Positions 25,807 to 38,959 of a stretch of DNA of 64,000 bases are shown piece by piece. The notes under the pieces were generated by a model. That model was not told the origin of the DNA. It searched no databases and worked only from the letters and a program-made list of their open reading frames with translations. Within the stretch, counting starts at the first letter, position 1, and the number at the start of each line of letters is the position of its first letter. A program made the translations under genes and the position numbers. The stretch is from Camelus dromedarius (lineage: Eukaryota), in NCBI RefSeq assembly GCF_036321535.1, contig NC_087437.1:78370001-78434000 (forward strand), in the 5' to 3' direction.

Positions 25807-26401
25807 TGTGTTAGTTTCCTCTTGATACATAACAAATTCGCAGAAATGTAATAGCTTAAAATAACACCTATTTATTAACTCACAGTTCTGTAGGTCAGGA
25901 GTTATTGGGTTTTCTGCTCAGGTTATCACAAGGTTGAAATCAAGGTGTCAGCCAAGCGAACTTTCATCTGGAGGCTCTAGAAGGAAAAAAAAAATCTGCT
26001 CTGAAACTTATTCTTGTGTTGTCAGAATCTAGTCCTTCCTGTCTGTTAGCTGGGGGCAGCTCTCAGCTCCTGGAGGCCACCTGCATTCCTTGCCATATTG
26101 TCCCCTCCATCTTTCAGCCAGCATCCGGATAGCATGCCAAATCTTTGTACTTTGAATTTCTACCTTTCCTAGTTGCTGACCTCTCAATCCAGATTTAAGG
26201 GTTCATGTGATTTGGTAAGGCTAACACAGATAACTTCCGCATTTTAGGCTCAACTGATTTGTGGCATTGATTGCATCTGCAAAATCCCTTTCCCACCTAA
26301 AGTTCCAAAATCATGGGAGTGACTTATATTCACAGGTTCAGTTCACATTCTGGAGGAAGAGATTATAGAAGAGTGAGAATCATTTTAGCATTCTGCTTCA
26401 A
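25807..26401 (-). mobile_element. MaLR solo LTR (MLT1E-like)
   Basis: TGTGTTAGTTTCCT...CTCACAGTTCTGTAGGTCAG...GAAATCAAGGTGTCAGCC...CATCTGCAAAATCCCTTT. Confidence 0.85.
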
Positions 26402-28809
26402 TTTCCTCAAGTGCGTAATATTTCCCTAATGACATAATCATACTACATTTCCTCTTTTTTTTTTAAACATTGTATGGTGAATTATATAGACTTTTTTTTT
26501 ACTAGTAAGCCAAATTGACATTCCTAGAATAGACACACCTCATTTGAGATTTATTATTCTCTTTGTATCCTGATGGATTTAATTTGATAAGATACTTGGA
26601 ATTTTTTTCATCTTCAAAACATAGTAATAATCTTTCCTGAGTATAATTTGTTAAGTTTGGGTATTAATATGTGCTGGCTTCATAGAATGTGTTGGGAAGC
26701 TGTTTCTTCCTTTTCTATTCCTAGAATATTTTGTACAGATTAGTGATATTCTTTTATGATTTTTAAAAGACTAACCAATAAGTTCTTTTTAATAAGTATA
26801 ATTTGTTTAATAGGTATATAATTGTTCAGATTTTCTACTTTTTCTTGTGCTTTTTCAAAAAAATTCATTTTATCTAATTTTTGAAATTTATTATCAAGTT
26901 TTTTATAATATCCTTATGTTATCTATGCAATGCTCATACAATCTATAGAAATGTCCATTTTTCACTCTTGATCTTAGAATCTTGTTCCTTTTTATCTTGA
27001 TCAGATAAAAAATAAATTTGTTTTTTATATTCTCTATTATATTTGTTTTACATTTTATGAATTTCTCCTTTTGTTTTTTTTTTTTTTGTTCTACTTTCAT
27101 TTTAATTTTCTGTTCTTTAACTTACTGATTTGTATGCTAAGATGATCATTTTTAGGCACAAACAAAATGTTTTAAAATGAGAATCACAATCATAATCAAG
27201 TTTTAGAAGAATGACATAAATCTAAAGCCTGAATTCCTTTTGACAGATGCTTCAGTTTTACTGTGTATCCCACTCTGTGCTCTGGCCTTGCACTTGTGGA
27301 CTGCTCTCCCAGGTCCAGACCCACAGGCTTCCTTGAGGAAAAGTTTAACAGGATCTCTGATTCATATGCATTCTTGATACTTCTCATCAAGTTTATTTTC
27401 ATATTCTATAGATTTGTTTCCTTCAAATTAAATTTCATTCCCATTACCATAACTCCAACTTTGAATTTTTCATTCTACACAAATTCCTTCTGATTCAGCA
27501 AATTTTATTCCTTCTCTTGATCATATAATTAACTAATCTTCCTCAAACACCACTTTTATGTTACATATTTGACTAAAACAATAAAATTAATCTATGCTTA
27601 TTCTTGTTTCAATTAGTTTTTGCTTTTTTTCATTCCTAATGTAAATTTTCCTTATTAAGCTACTGATGTCTATTTCTTTAGTAGGATCATTTCTAACTAC
27701 TCCATCCCTGTGCTCCATCTTGCTTGCTTTTCTTTGTGAACAGAGAGTGTTTATTTTAGTTTCCTTTTAGAGTCAAGTAAAAACTAAACACATAATTTGT
27801 TTGACAACAAAATATATTTATTGATTACATTTTAAAAATCACTGCATTCGTTAGTTAAGCTGTCATGAGAACAATCGGGATAATATAATTTCTAATTTAA
27901 AAGTCAAAACTTGCAGATATGGTTTGGCTTTGGAAGAAAACCTTAGAGAAACTGCAAACTTTTTAGGACTTCAGAAAGTTCTGGAACTTCACTATAAGCA
28001 AATCATTTTAGGTTTAGAGTCATCTTATGGTGATGGAGTGGAAAAATATGTATAAAAAGTTAGGTTTTCATGCCTTCTCCATTTTACCTTCTTATAGAAT
28101 CAGACACTCCAAGGAAGGAGCAATTAGTTATCACAAAAATTCAAACTGACAATTGACTACACTCTTTCCAGAGACAAGATTAAAAGGCATCGAGAGAGTC
28201 TCTCCCTTATTTTAGATGAAAAGGAAAATATGACTTTGGTCCTTATTCAGAATTATACCACTTTCTATAAGAACAGTATGAATACCCTGCGCTATGGTCT
28301 TTCTTTCTTCTCTTTTGAAGCCAAAAGAAGAAAATAAATGTCTTCCCATTTAGGAATAATCTAAATATGGAAGACTCAAATATTACCTTGATTTAAGTAT
28401 CTGTGTTATATTTACTGACAACTGGATTGTTAATTTAATTTTTAAAAGATTAAAAAAAATAGATGAAAAAAATCTAAAGTTGTTTAGTGGTATTATGTTT
28501 GGACTGTTTGGTAATCTTAATATTAATTTTAAAAGGTGTCTTTTTTTCCATGAGAAAAAAGAGTAGCTGTTTTTAACACTAGCAAATATTCACATATTTT
28601 TATTGGCAGATAGTTGAATGTTTTCCCACTTCAATATGCCTAAGAATGCATTGTATATAAAATAGATTTTGAAGTGAAGTGTGAGGAATAATTGATTATT
28701 AAATGCCTAAGGATGAAGAGGCAAAAAACGGTATATTCCTAAAACGTGAGGGAAGCTTGCATATGAAATGTGAAAAACTGGGGGCTGTGAGTTAGGATAT
28801 CTGGATTAA

Positions 28810-28975
28810 AGAGGCAATGTAACATTATACAATGAGCAATGATTTTGAAAGCACACACACCATATACAGGCTAATTGAGGTTAGGAAAGTCAATTAAAAA
28901 CCGGATCTCAGTTTTTTCATCTGGAAAATGGTGATACTATTATTCAACCCATAGTGTAGATGTTATTTTAATAAT
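28810..28975 (+). mobile_element. MIR SINE fragment
   Basis: GGATCTCAGTTTTTTCATCTGGAAAATGGTGATA core. Confidence 0.6.
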
Positions 28976-29494
28976 CAGGGTTTATTTTATTTTTTTCCTC
29001 AGTTCCACAGCTTGATCAATAGATTATAGAGGTTTCAGTGTATAGACATACTAAATGGAACCATAGAAAGTTAAGGAAGTCCTTTGGCTTGAAAATGACC
29101 AAAAGTAAATAAAGTAGTCAGGGAGTAAATACCAAGCAGAGACTGAGGCAGACTGGACAAAGAAAGTTTAAGTGAGGCAACTGCGCTAAGAGAAATAATA
29201 GAGCAGGAGTCCGAATAGACCGGAATGCAGGGGAAATAGATGTTAGGCAAAATTTTTACCAAGGAAGAGAATAAACGATTAAATGAATGCGTGAATGACG
29301 GAAAGCAGACGGAACCCAAGGAAACAAGGTAATAGTTAGTGAAAAATAGTTCTATTAATTCCTACTACTATTTGAATTTGATGAGGCAAATTAGGATTTT
29401 CATGGGCCACTCCCATTAGAATTACTCTCTGTCTCCTTCTCAGGTCAATGTTGTTATATAGGGTATTTGATTAGTCCATCTGCATAGTCTTCAC

Positions 29495-32045
29495 TTATTT
29501 TATGTGTTCATTTACTCTGTAAATATTTTAAATATCTATTTTATGTTGTGTATTGTAGCCTTAAAAGAGATAATAATCTTGACCTCATTAAGGGGTGTCA
29601 GTCAATAAACATAATCAATATATGAAGCTTTTATGCATGTTGGAAAGTGATTTGATTTGGTCTTTGGAGAAGAATAAACCAAGGATGTATCAAAGGAGCT
29701 TAAGCTATAAATAGTTTAGTCAAGAACCACCTCACTAAGGGGGTAAACAATTTTCTTAAGTACTTGTAGGAGTTAGTCATGCAGATATATAGAAAAGGAT
29801 TCCAGAAAGAGAGATTAAGAAAATAGGTAGAGGACCCCAGGACTGGGCTCTAAAATCAAAAACCATAAAAACTACTAGAAGAAAACACAGACAGTACACT
29901 TTTTAACATTGGTCTTAGCAACATTTTTGGGGGTATGGCTCTTTAAACAAAGGAAACAGAAGCAAAAATAAAATAAATGAACTACATTGAACTAAAAATC
30001 TTTTTCACAGCAAAAGAAACCATCAACAAAACAAAAACCAGTCTACTGAGTGGGAGAAAATATTTGCAAATGATATATCCAATAAAGGGTTTATATTCAA
30101 AATACACACAAAGCTCATAGAATTAACATTAAAAAAAGAAACCTATTAAAAAATGAGCAGAGGCTGTGCATACACATTTTCCAAAGAAGACATACAGATG
30201 ACCAACAGGCCCATGAAAAGATGCTCAGCATTACTAATCATCAAGGAAATGCAAATCAAAACCACAATGAGATACCACCTCACATCTATCAGAATGGCTA
30301 TCATCAAAAGACAACAAGTAACAGTGTTGTCTAGAATGTGGAGAATAGGAAACACTTGTGCACTGCTGGTGGGATTATAAATTGATGCAGCTACTATGGA
30401 AAACAGTATGGAGTTTTTTCAAAAAATTAAAAGTAGGACTGCCATATGATCCTGGAATTTTACTTCTGGTTTTTACCTGAAGAGAACAAAAACACTTATT
30501 TGAAAAAATACATGTGCTTTAATGTTCATTGTAATATTATTTACAATAGCCAAGTTATGGAAGCAATGTAAGTGTCCATTGACAGACAAACAGCTAATAA
30601 AGATACGGTATACATATTCAATGGACTATTACTCAGCCATACAAAATCTTGCCATTTTTGACAACATGGATGGATCTAGAGGGTATTATGTTAAGTGAAA
30701 TAAATCAGACAGAGAAGACAAATACAGCATGACTTCTCTTATGTCTGGAATCTAAAAAACAAAACAACATATACAACAAAACAAAAACAAACTCATAGAT
30801 ACAGGGAACAAATGGGTGGTTGCCAGGAGGACAGCGTCAGAGTGGGCAAAATAAATGTAGAGCATTAAAAGGTACAAACCTGTAGTTATAAAATAAATAA
30901 ACTACGAGGATGTAATATACAGCATAAGGAATATGGTCAATAATCTTGTAATGACTTTGTATGAGAACAGATGGTTGCTAGACTTATTGAGGTGATCATT
31001 TCATAATGTATGCAAATGTCAATTCATTATGTAGTACACCTGAAACTAACATAATGTTATATGTCAACTATATTTCAATTTAAAAAAAGAAATTAGGTAG
31101 AATGAGATAAGGTCAGAAAAATACTAAGAGAGTAAATAGTGTAGAATCTTATAGGCCATTGTAAGGACTTTGCCATTTATTTTCAGTGAGATAAAACATT
31201 GTAGGATTATGAGCAGAGGAGAGCATGATATAATAAATGTTTTAAAAAGATTAGTTTCATTGCTGGGTTAAAAATAGATTCCAGATGGAGGAAAGGACAG
31301 AAACAGAGAAACAATTTAAAAGACTATTGCAGTAATCCAGGGAAGAGATAATGTGGTTTGGTCCAAAGTTACAGCAGTGAAGTACTGACAAGGGATCAGA
31401 ATATATTCTGAATATGAAACCCACAAGATTTCTTGACAGATTGGATGTCATATGTGAGAATAAGTTGAATCAGTGATGACTCTTAGGTGTTTTTTGTTTT
31501 GTTTTGTTTTGCCTAAGGAGCAGGAAGACTAGAGTTGATAAGGGTTCAGTTTTGGAGATACTAAATCTGAGATTCAATTTGAGATGTAAATTAAATACCC
31601 AATGATGATATTGAGTTAGCAGTGGAATAAACAAGCCTGGGGTTTTGGGTAGTGATCTGGGATACAGATATGAATTAGGGCATTATAAGTTTTAAATAAT
31701 ATCATCAAAGGAGTGAGTATAAATAGAGAAGAGATCTGAGGACTGAGCCATAGGGCATGTTAGTGTTAAGAGGTTGAAAGGAAAGTAAAAACCAGCAAAC
31801 GAGACAGGAAGGCTTATCAGTGAGGTTAACGTAAGAGGGAAACCAAGCAGTTGTGGTTTCCTGGAATTCAAATGAAAAATGAGTTTCCAGGAGTAGAAAG
31901 TGATCAATTCTGCCACTGCAGTTGGGGTATGTAACATGAGAACTGAGAATTGACCAGTAGATTTAGAAAACTGGAGTCATAAGTGATCTCAACAAAGCAG
32001 CTTCAATGGAGTTTTGTAGGCAAGAGTCTGATTGCAGTAGGGTTG
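29495..32045 (-). mobile_element. L2 element, split by a younger L1 insertion
   Basis: GGCCATTGTAAGGACTTTG, GACTATTGCAGTAATCCAGG, GAGGACTGAGCC and GACTGAGAATTGACC-like motifs in antisense L2 order. Confidence 0.8.
29850..31088 (+). mobile_element. 5'-truncated L1 (laurasiatherian, L1MA9-like): ORF2 C-terminus, 3'UTR and poly(A), with 15-bp TSD
   Basis: ORF 30153-30380 (FSKEDIQM...[22 protein letters not shown]) is the L1 ORF2 C-terminus; TSD AAGAAAATAGGTAGA (29817-29831) / AAGAAATTAGGTAGA (31087-31101) at a TT|AAGA site. Confidence 0.92.
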
Positions 32046-33539
32046 CACTTTTAAAAGTTTGGCCTGCCTTCCTATCTTTAGAGTTTTAGATAAATTTTAA
32101 GTAAGGTAAGGGAGAGGCTACAGTGAGAAATATTTGTTTATTTCCTTTCAAAGCTATTATGATAAAGGGATGATATCTTGCTGTCATTTCGTGTCCCCGA
32201 TTGCAGTTTTCAAATAGTTATCTATTACTACCGCAGGTTTTTGAGGGAAATATGTAAATGTGATACTTTAGGAAAAATAAAATCTGTTTATTATGATAAG
32301 AATGCTACTTCATTTCTGTTTATTTGTTTGTTTGTTTTTTGACTCCATCTTCAATAGAATCTCTTGATGATCTAGGGAGGAAGCTTGGAGGTATAAGCAA
32401 AATACTTGCCTTGTGCTAAGTAAACTATTTTTCAAATGTAAGGAAAGCAGCCTCTTTGACATTCTGTAATTGGTTTAATGTAAATGGTGACAGTAGGTAA
32501 TACTAGGAAAAGCATACAAAGGAAAAACTGATGCAAATTGAGTTTCTTCCTAAGGCAATAGAAGTCCATGTAAATGTATTTATCCTGTTGCCCACCCAGA
32601 TTCTTATCAAGTTATGTTAGGGTTTCATGGGAAGTGGGACGGAGGAAGATTTTTTTGTTGAAATGATAAAGATCCAAGACCCCATCTGATTGCATCAAAC
32701 CACTAAGGAGCTAGAACTTCTAGAATATTGACCCTAAAGTCCAAAATTTCAAAAGACTGGATCCCATGAAAAAATGTCAGAGCACATCTCTGTGGAAGCA
32801 TGAGGTTTTAGCTGACACTTAAGCTTCAGTTTAATTCAGTAAATGTCCTTGATGATGATTCTCCATATCAGTCTCACTAACTCTCGGGGCCTGAAACGGG
32901 GATTCAGGATGATGGCTAGTCTAGAGGTGACTAACTTCTCCAGTGTCCAACAAATGTGTATGAATCAAGGAAAACTTATTAATACTGTTTACCTGTAGTT
33001 CAGGGTTAGCCCTGTTCTCTTCTCTCACTTTCTATCATTTGAAGTCCCTCCACACCCCTTCCCTGGTCCAGATCTGGTGTTCTATCAGGGTTCACTCAGC
33101 CTCAGATTGCTTCATTTCTCAGTACTTTTCTCCGTCCTGAAGGCCCAACAGACTCACAGCCATCCCCCTCTGTTCCCCCATTTCCCCAAATGCTAACCTC
33201 ATATAGCTTCTTTATAATTCTCTAATAGGTACAAATACACTTAGAATTCTGGTTCCTCTTCTTAAAGGACCAATTAGGGAGTAGATGTCTTTAGTTTTTG
33301 TTTGCGGATTTTCTAACTTGTACTAAGAGGTTGACAGACTAAGTTAGCCATCAGAATAACCACAGACGTAGTCAGCTTTATGCTACAGTCTTGTTACTAA
33401 AAACCGGGCACAGGCAATCTTCTGATAAATTGAAAAACATTTTCTATGAATACATATTGTCAAGTTTTGATCTGATTAGAATGACTGTGCTATTTTGGCA
33501 AAATTTGCCAGTAAGATATTAACAGAGGCATTCAATTCA

Positions 33540-33685
33540 CTGAATTATAGAACCTTAGTGATGTAAGGTTCTTTATGTGTCATCACCGTTGAGGAAAAAT
33601 ACGGGTCAGAGATGTAAATGACTTGAGGAAGTTTCCTTAACCAGTTCTGACATCTTTCAATAGTTGGTTCAGTATTCTTTCGTGT
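33540..33685 (-). mobile_element. Degraded MIR-family SINE
   Basis: TGAGGAAAAATACGGGTCAGAGATGTAAATGACTTG resembles the antisense MIR core. Confidence 0.5.
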
Positions 33686-36328
33686 GGCTCAGGTATGCAG
33701 GCTCTTGCCCAGGCTTATAGAAATAGAAGTACTTTACCTCACTGGAGGAATGCTTAACATTTTAAAACATTTAATTCATTTCATTAGAATCAGTTTAAAT
33801 CATTTTTCTTCCAGGTCAAATACCTTTCCTGGGCATCTTTTTATGTATTGTCAGTATAAGTGATGACCTTACTGTAGAAACGTAGTACCAGGCAGTTGCA
33901 AGAACTTAAGGATGTGCTATTTCTTTCATACTGTAAGACGGAAGCTAAGTTGACCTAGCAAAACTTCTCTAGTTTTAGCAAATAAGAGCTTTCTTTTTCT
34001 CCTCTGTGCCTGCTTGAATTACAAATGGTTCCTTGAAGCATCTGTTTTCACTAAATTTGACAGCCAGGAAGGAAGGTTCACAATTTCAGCAGCTGTTGTT
34101 TGTTTTCTTCCTTTACTGAGATGAGCAGCAAGACCACAGTGTCTAGAGATTTGTTTGATTACTCAGCAGGACAGTAGAAGCTAAAGCAGAAAGATGATAG
34201 AAAGTATGAGAAGGGAGGGGGAGGCACGACATGAGCGAACATCAGAAAAGGATGGTTTGATAAGCAGGATCCCAAAATAAAGTTTACTGTAATGACATGG
34301 TGACCAGAGAAATTACTGATGCACAGAGCTAAAATCAAGGACTGATTCAAGCATGTATATTACTGTATATAGTATACAAACTGAGTTCTAGAAACCATTC
34401 TTTCCAAAGCAGATTTTTACCTTATTGGACCCGAGGTTGACAAACATTCTGAACTTGTTGTACCTTTTTTTTTTTAAACAACTATTAATAAATTCCAAGC
34501 AGGACAGTGGTTTTTTTTTTTTTCCAAATGGCTTCAAAACAGCATATTTACTTGGCTTAACAAGTGATTGAGAGACAAGTTTGGAATCCAGGATGTGAAG
34601 AACCAGTCCAGAGGCAGAGAAAAGCGTATGGAGCTGAGTTGAGCAGAAGACTTAGAAAAGATGCAGAGAAAAGCAGAGTACCAAAGTCAGCATCAAGAAA
34701 ATGAAAGCAGGTAAGTCTGCTAGAAAAAATAGAAACCCAAACTGCTCAGCGTTCTCAGAGGAAAACACATGGATAACATTCAGTAAAGTGTGAGGGACTA
34801 ATGGCCTTCTCCTCAGGAGCAGAGCGCCTGAGCATGGAATCACAGAATTTGTTTCTAGGCAGCAACCCAACTCGTGAGACAGGGATAAGCAGTCTATCTC
34901 TGTGCGGATTAGAAGAGAAATTTAAAGAGTGCAAGACAGGGAAAGAAGGTCCAATAATCCAAATGGAAAAATTGTGAGAAAGACAGTCTCTCCTGAAGAT
35001 GTAACAGAGAATGTTGAGACATTTTCATAAGCAACAACATTATTAAAATTATAGTTAATATAAAGAACCCTATTTTCAAACAACTATAAAAAAACAACTG
35101 ATGATTGTCTGCCAATTGCAGAAGTAGAAAATGTTGAACCAGAGTTTAAAGGAAATGGAAAGGTAACTTTTTCTCATCAACTAACATTGTGAAGATGCTA
35201 AAACAAAGCATACTCTGCGTGATCCTTTTAAGTGGAAATTTAATTTTAGCTAAGTGGATTTTTTTCAACTATCTTTTTATTCAACCTTTAAAACAAAGTA
35301 TTTTCTTTTAAAAAAAGAAGTCTCTATTTTATCTTCAGTGCGGGTCACAGTGACCTTAAATGATTTATTCTTTGGAGAACAAAAGAGTGCTTAATGCCAT
35401 GTATGGATATTTGTAGAAGTTTGCTAATGTTTTATAGGAGGCTTGATAACAGAATTCTTAAGATTGGAAGCAGTTTTAAAATTGAGTTTTTGCTAATGAG
35501 AACAGTGCTGTGCACATTTTGATGGGCAGAGAAACATGGCCTGAGCTTTATCAGACTTTTCAATGTTTGCTTGACATAATTCAATTTATTGGTAAATTAG
35601 ATTGATAAGCTTAGAGAAACACTTTCCCTTCCCCTTTAAATTTTGATTATTTTGATTAAATATATTGTTCAAAGACCATCCTGATTTTATAGGAATACAA
35701 ATAAAATAGAGGTGATGTTTTTAATTAGTGAAAAAGTAAGAGAAGTGTAATGCTGACAAAATAAATAGGTGAACAGAAATTCTAATAGGGTTTATGTTGT
35801 GGGGACAGTTATGTTTCAATTCAGAGAGATTTGTTTCAAGACAGAACGATGGATGTTGGTTTACTAATATAACATGTCAAAATCTATGTAGGGTTACTTG
35901 GTACCTAGGAAATACTTGACATCAAGTTTTGGGAAAGGTATGTCCTGCCCAGTGGCAGATATAAATTTTTTTTTAATAAATTTTGTAAAATGTTCAGCTG
36001 ATGGAGCAACTTCCAGGAAAGAGAAATTCAATGAGTTTATGGTCATTTCAAAATAAATTTTCAGATATACTTGTATTTGAAGGATATACAAGAACAACTT
36101 GAGTGGTTATTTCTGATAATAAGATTATAGGTGATTCTTTTCTTTGTGTTACTCTTTATTTCTGTTTTTTCTATACTGTTCTTGCATTGTTTTTGTCTTA
36201 AAAGTATAACATTACATTTTTTCCTAAACTGATCACCTATTTGGTCCATCTAAACCTGAAAAACTAGAGTCGCTATTGAATCACAGTAACTCAAAATTCA
36301 CTGGTTAAACTTTCAGTATGGTGTTAGT

Positions 36329-36793
36329 TATATTAGTTTAGTTTACACTAAGATAACAAATAATCTTAAAATTTCAGTGGCTTAAAACAGGAAATGTTTA
36401 TTTCCCAAGGATAAGGCCTTATTCACTATTGTACCTAAAATGATGGCACACAGTAGCATCTCAATAAACTTGTGTTGAATAAATAAAACACATGCATGTG
36501 TTCCTCCATTCCCTGTCCCACCCCCAGATTGCCCTCCTCCAGGTGATTGGCTCAGGCTTCCAGGATGCTTAGATATTACTCCACATAAACACACCACTCT
36601 GTTCCCTGTGACCTGGGAGAACCATGGAGAATTGTGTACTGGTTCTGTAACTTTTCCTCCTAGAAGTAGCACATATGACCTCTGCTTACATATCATTGCT
36701 CAAAATTAGTGGCAGGATATAACTCAAAGAGCAAGTGCCTGGAAGGAGACGAGAACAAGAATTCCTGTGGGGACATTAGTCATTTTCACCACA
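36329..36793 (-). mobile_element. Old MaLR solo LTR (MLT1J/K/L-like) containing an L2 3' end
   Basis: AAAATTTCAGTGGCTTAAAACA...TTTATTTC start; CCTAGAAGTAGCACATATGACCTCTGCTTACAT and ...CACCACA end. Confidence 0.7.
36406..36488 (+). mobile_element. L2 extreme 3' end nested in MLT1
   Basis: TTATTCACTATTGTACC...TGGCACACAGTAGCATCTCAATAAACTTGTGTTGAATAAAT. Confidence 0.75.
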
Positions 36794-37149
36794 ATTAACC
36801 TTTGTAAATTAAAAAAAAAATATATGATCAAAGGAGCATCAGTGCTAAAGTTTAGTGGCTCAATGAGAAATTAAAAATTAATGTAACTTGGCCACTTGTA
36901 GCAATAGGGCATATATAACCAGCCAATAATTGTATAAATAACAAAGGTGATTCATTCATCAAGAAAGTTCAATGTTATATTGAAGAATTATAAATAAAAA
37001 CCAATTAGTTAGGAATTCCTGTGTAAATAAGAGGAATGGTTGCTTCAGAACTTTCTACGATTAACTCAAGTTCATTTATAATGTGGACAATGGCAATTCT
37101 ATTTTACCTCTGAATTTACAAAAAAGTGCTCCTTTAAAAGGTATCAGTT

Positions 37150-37330
37150 GTCCTGGGCCTGACGAAGTCATGCCTCCAGGTGAGGAAAAAACTGCAGGAT
37201 GCTACGCTGACTGTTCCTTCAGTCTGTAATAGTAGGTCCCTGCAGTGGAAGTGACAGAAGATTGGAGTAAACAGGTGTACATCAAGTATCCTGACAGACC
37301 TCACCAAGCCTTTGCCTGTCGGGGAAGATC
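37150..37330 (+). mobile_element. Possible CR1/L3 reverse transcriptase remnant
   Basis: AAGTCATGCC (KSC-like) followed by GTGTACATCAAGTAT...GACCTCACCAAGCCTTTG, resembling VD.IYLD.SKAFD; weak and frameshifted. Confidence 0.35.
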
Positions 37331-38076
37331 TGCTAAATTTATATGTCTTAGTTTGCCAGTGAATATATGACTAGATATTTTTCTGAAACCACAGTGGAAG
37401 TCTGAGATTTGTGGAATATTGGAGAATATTCTAAACTTGAAGAAGAGATAAATTTCCCCTACATTTCAACTTGTTTTCAATGTGATCCTGCTGTGATTTC
37501 CACTTTACTACCATATTGTTAGATATTTACTAACATGCCTATATATAATATATTCTGCAATCACATAATCATTATGTCTTATACAAATGGAAATGGAAAA
37601 TAAAGCAGCAGGATACCTTAATATAGGAGCAAGAATTAGTGTTTGTAAAGAACAGTAGAGAGTTCTAGAAACTCTCTCCAGCTGAAACTGCTTAAAATCA
37701 CTTAGAAACATGCACATACCCCTACACCACCACCACTTCTATATGCGTCACAAAATTCTATAAGTCTTCATCAAGAAAAGAAATCTAGGTATCCTATATG
37801 GAATGTAATTAATCAATACTAAAAACATTTTTATTTTTTGTGTTATAATAGTTCAGAGAATTTGTATTATATGTGTGCCTCTCCTATGAATTTAAATTGT
37901 AAGAAAATTTGTTACTTGTTTTATATTTCATTTTTGGGTGGCCACTGTATTTGTCATAAATCTTAAGGCCGTAGAATATTGGTGCTAGAAGAATCCACTG
38001 TCTACATGTTGAAAAACAGAAGATTAATATCAACAGAATTGAATGGATCCCTTTAAAAGAAAGACAAGTAATTCTA

Positions 38077-38263
38077 CATATAAAATAGATAAACAACAAG
38101 TTTCTTATGTATAGCACAGGGAACTATATTCAATATCTTATAGTAACCTATAATAAAAAAGAATATGAAAAAGAATATATGTATGTATACGTATGACTGG
38201 AACATTATGCTGTACACCAGAAACTGACACAACATTGTAAACTGACTATATTCTATTAAAAAA
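38077..38263 (+). mobile_element. Young L1 3' end (camelid/cetartiodactyl type)
   Basis: AGATAAACAACAAG...GTATAGCACAGGGAACTATATTCAATATCTT...ATGACTGGAACATTATGCTGTACACCAGAAA; near-TSD AAGTAATTCTA/AAGTATTCTA. Confidence 0.9.
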
Positions 38264-38562
38264 GTATTCTATCTGAATAGTGTAATGACCTATACAATAT
38301 ATTCTTAATTTTGATTGATTATTAACTGGTGACTTATGGCTTGTAATATGTAAAGATATAAGTCATTTACTTAAAGTTTGGGATTTTAAAATACCCAACT
38401 GGGAGTAAGGAAGTTTTATATATTTATTTTTTTAAGAAAATTTAAAGTTGGTAACTAAGCACTTAGAAGATGGGTAATGTGGGGCTGAGAACATATAAAC
38501 CAATGTGCTTCTTTTTCTTTATCTCTAAGTCTATTTTGTTGTATATTAAAAAATCCACACAC

Positions 38563-38564
38563 AA

Positions 38565-38607
<43 letters not shown>
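38563..38607. repeat. (AATA)n tetranucleotide STR, about 11 units
   Basis: Directly visible. Confidence 0.95.
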
Positions 38608-38959
38608 AATAGCCACACAAGCATATTCAAGTTTGGTGTTTTTATAATATTTGTATTGCCTTTTACTATTTACCTGTCTTATGTTTAAAGACATATAGTT
38701 ATTATGCTCTTAGAAACACCATATAGTTATATTTTGTTTTTTATCAGCTGTCCATTAACTAGTGGTTTAGAGCATTTACTTTTTTTTCCCAAAAGATGAC
38801 ACATTTAATCAAGGTAATTATATTGGTGACCATTTGAAAATACATTTAAAAAAATGGCTTGGCCAACCAGATGGTATTTCCATACAAATAGCTGGATCTT
38901 TAAGAAATACCCTTTACAAAGTAAACTTGAGGTTGGATCCCAGCAGGAGTAGATCATCT

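Larger units (their letters stand above)
23430..27160 (-). mobile_element. Old L1 (L1ME-like) 3'UTR and ORF2, with two nested MLT1 LTRs and an internal inversion
   Basis: CTGAGATTCACCCATATTG, GGTAGAATTACTGGATCA, ATGTCATCTGCAAA and CTGGCTTCATAGAATGTGTTGGGAAG in antisense L1 order. Confidence 0.8.

Noticed and set aside
29090..29335. Purine-rich, CpG-containing stretch ending in AAG|GTAATA, as a coding exon
   Set aside because: Stops occur in all three + frames in its 5' part and no clear acceptor is visible.
30153..30380. Protein-like ORF (FSKEDIQM...[12 protein letters not shown])
   Set aside because: It is the L1 ORF2 C-terminus within a truncated, disrupted L1, not a host gene.
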